Shown here: positions 38,234 to 39,908 of the stretch, piece after piece | Position numbering within the stretch: position 1 is the stretch's first letter | Layout of the letters: every line of letters begins with the position of its first letter | From: a virus | Taxonomy: Duplodnaviria > Heunggongvirae > Uroviricota > Caudoviricetes | Virus record (IMG/VR): IMGVR_UViG_2703718871_000021 | Span: 1 to 39,908 of that record | Reading direction: 5' to 3' (one strand) | Length of the DNA: 39,908 bases | The notes under the pieces: model-generated | Seen by the model: the letters and a program-made list of their open reading frames with translations, nothing else | The model's database searches: none | What the model was told of the DNA's origin: nothing | Translations under genes and position numbers: made by a program

Positions 38234-39309
38234 TGGCAAAAAATGACTTTAAAGCATTCGCAACGGGTAAAAATGCCAATGTTATGTCGCAGGAGGAATG
38301 GGAAGCGTTGCCTGCGCTTTTATCCGGATTTACAGCAGGGAAAGCATCCAGTGCGCAAGTCAACAAGGCTATTCGGCAGGCCAGCTTTATTGCATCTGCA
38401 ATAGCACAATATACAGCAAATGAAAGTGGACTGGATGTACAGGATGATGGCGAGCAGGCCGGCTTTATCGCAAAAATGTCGTCTGCATTAGATAAGAACT
38501 ACCAGAGAATTAATGCCATACTTACCGCACTTGCTAATCTTTCAGCATCCGAAAACAAATTACCGTATTTTACCAATCAAGATACCGCTAATTTGGCTGA
38601 CCTGACACAGGTTGGGCGAGATATTTTGGCAAAAAGCTCTGTTGCTGATGTCCTTAAATATCTTGGTCTGGAAGATAATTCGACTTTTCCTGTAGGTGCC
38701 CCGATCCCGTGGCCATCAGATACAGTTCCATCTGGTTATGCTCTGATGCAGGGACAGACTTTTGACAAGTCTGCATACCCGAAACTTGCAGCCGCTTATC
38801 CGTCAGGCGTGATCCCTGATATGCGTGGCTGGACGATTAAGGGCAAGCCCGCCAGTGGTCGTGCCGTATTGTCTCAGGAACAGGACGGCATTAAATCGCA
38901 CACCCACAGCGCCAGCGTATCCAGTACGGATTTGGGTACGAAAACCACATCGTCGTTTGATTACGGGACGAAAACAACCTCACTATTTGACTATGGGACC
39001 AAAACTACCAGTAACGCCGGGAGTCACACGCATTCAATACCAACATCAGATGGTGCAAACCAGGGGGGGAAAATTCCACTGACATCTGGGCGTCTGGCAA
39101 CTCAATATACATCAGCAACAACAGGTTCCTCTGGCTCACATTCTCATACTGTAGGTATTGGTTCTCATCAGCACACTGTCGGTATTGGTGCACACACGCA
39201 CTCCGTTGCGATTGGCTCACATGGACACACCATCACCGTTAACGCTGCTGGTAACGCGGAAAACACCGTTAAAAACATTGCATTTAACTATATTGTGAGG
39301 CTTGCATAA
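38233..39309 (+). CDS. tail fiber protein with internal tandem repeats
   Basis: ~358 aa from ATG 38233; three GTKTTSxFDY repeats and three SH-x-HTVGIG/H-x-H repeats near the C-terminus; followed by tail fiber assembly gene. Confidence 0.7.
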   Translation: MAKNDFKAFATGKNANVMSQEEWEALPALLSGFTAGKASSAQVNKAIRQASFIASAIAQYTANESGLDVQDDGEQAGFIAKMSSALDKNYQRINAILTALANLSASENKLPYFTNQDTANLADLTQVGRDILAKSSVADVLKYLGLEDNSTFPVGAPIPWPSDTVPSGYALMQGQTFDKSAYPKLAAAYPSGVIPDMRGWTIKGKPASGRAVLSQEQDGIKSHTHSASVSSTDLGTKTTSSFDYGTKTTSLFDYGTKTTSNAGSHTHSIPTSDGANQGGKIPLTSGRLATQYTSATTGSSGSHSHTVGIGSHQHTVGIGAHTHSVAIGSHGHTITVNAAGNAENTVKNIAFNYIVRLA

Positions 39310-39908
39310 TGGCATTCAGAATGAGTGAACAATCACGAACCATCAAAATTTATAATCTGCTGGCCGGAACTAATGAATTTATTGGTGAAGGTGACGCATA
39401 TATTCCACCTCATACAGGTCTACCTGCAAACAGTACCGATATTGTACCGCCAGATATTCCGGCTGGCTTCGTGGCTATTTTCAACAGTGATGAGGCGTCC
39501 TGGCATCTCGTTGAAGATCATCGTGGTAAAACGGTTTATGACGTGGCTTCCGGCGACGCGTTATTTATTTCTGAACTCGGTCCGTTACCGGAAAATGTTA
39601 CCTGGTTGTCGCCGGAAGGGGAATATCAGAAGTGGAACGGCATAGCCTGGGTGAAGGATACGGAAGCAGAAAAACTGTTCCGGATACGGGAGGCGGAAGA
39701 AACAAAAAACAACCTGATGCAGGTAGCCAGTGAGCATATTGCGCCGCTTCAGGATGCTGCAGATCTGGAAATTGCAACGGAGGAAGAAATCTCGTTGCTG
39801 GAAGCATGGAAAAAGTATCGGGTATTGCTGAACCGTGTTGATACATCAAGTGCACCGGATATTGAGTGGCCTGCTTCCCCAGTGGAATCAAGGAGTAAAC
39901 AAGCATAA
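39309..39908 (+). CDS. tail fiber assembly protein (Tfa/gpU-like)
   Basis: 199-aa ORF starting [58 protein letters not shown], typical Tfa N-terminus; stop is the last triplet of the window. Confidence 0.7.
   Translation: MAFRMSEQSRTIKIYNLLAGTNEFIGEGDAYIPPHTGLPANSTDIVPPDIPAGFVAIFNSDEASWHLVEDHRGKTVYDVASGDALFISELGPLPENVTWLSPEGEYQKWNGIAWVKDTEAEKLFRIREAEETKNNLMQVASEHIAPLQDAADLEIATEEEISLLEAWKKYRVLLNRVDTSSAPDIEWPASPVESRSKQA

Overview
Almost the whole window is one prophage, next to the host ferredoxin gene yfhL (1-261, minus strand), so the context looks enterobacterial. The right end of the prophage is not reached. Left to right: integrase and excisionase; a leftward early operon (SNF2-type helicase, VRR-NUC nuclease, family-A DNA polymerase, DUF2815-like and DUF2800-like proteins); a lambdoid immunity switch (cI-like S24 repressor, divergent Cro-like gene); a primase/P-loop NTPase gene ending in an iteron-like repeat array; a Q-like antiterminator; a lambda-type lysis cassette (dual-start holin, R-like endolysin, Rz with embedded Rz1); then terminase, portal, MuF-like protein, scaffold, capsid, contractile tail (sheath, tube, frameshifted chaperone, tape measure), Mu-like baseplate, tail fiber and tail fiber assembly genes. 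Several cargo insertions interrupt this backbone and are the best candidates for undescribed defence or exclusion functions: a TIR-like-domain gene inside the replication operon (5049-5810); two AT-rich opposite-strand membrane-protein genes (3523-4320, 7985-8614); a gene between Q and the late promoter region (16105-16446); and a low-GC, translationally coupled two-gene cassette with its own terminator between baseplate genes (34028-35232). All calls come from reading motifs, composition and gene order by eye; no database search, HMM or GC calculation was run, and family names are recalled rather than confirmed.
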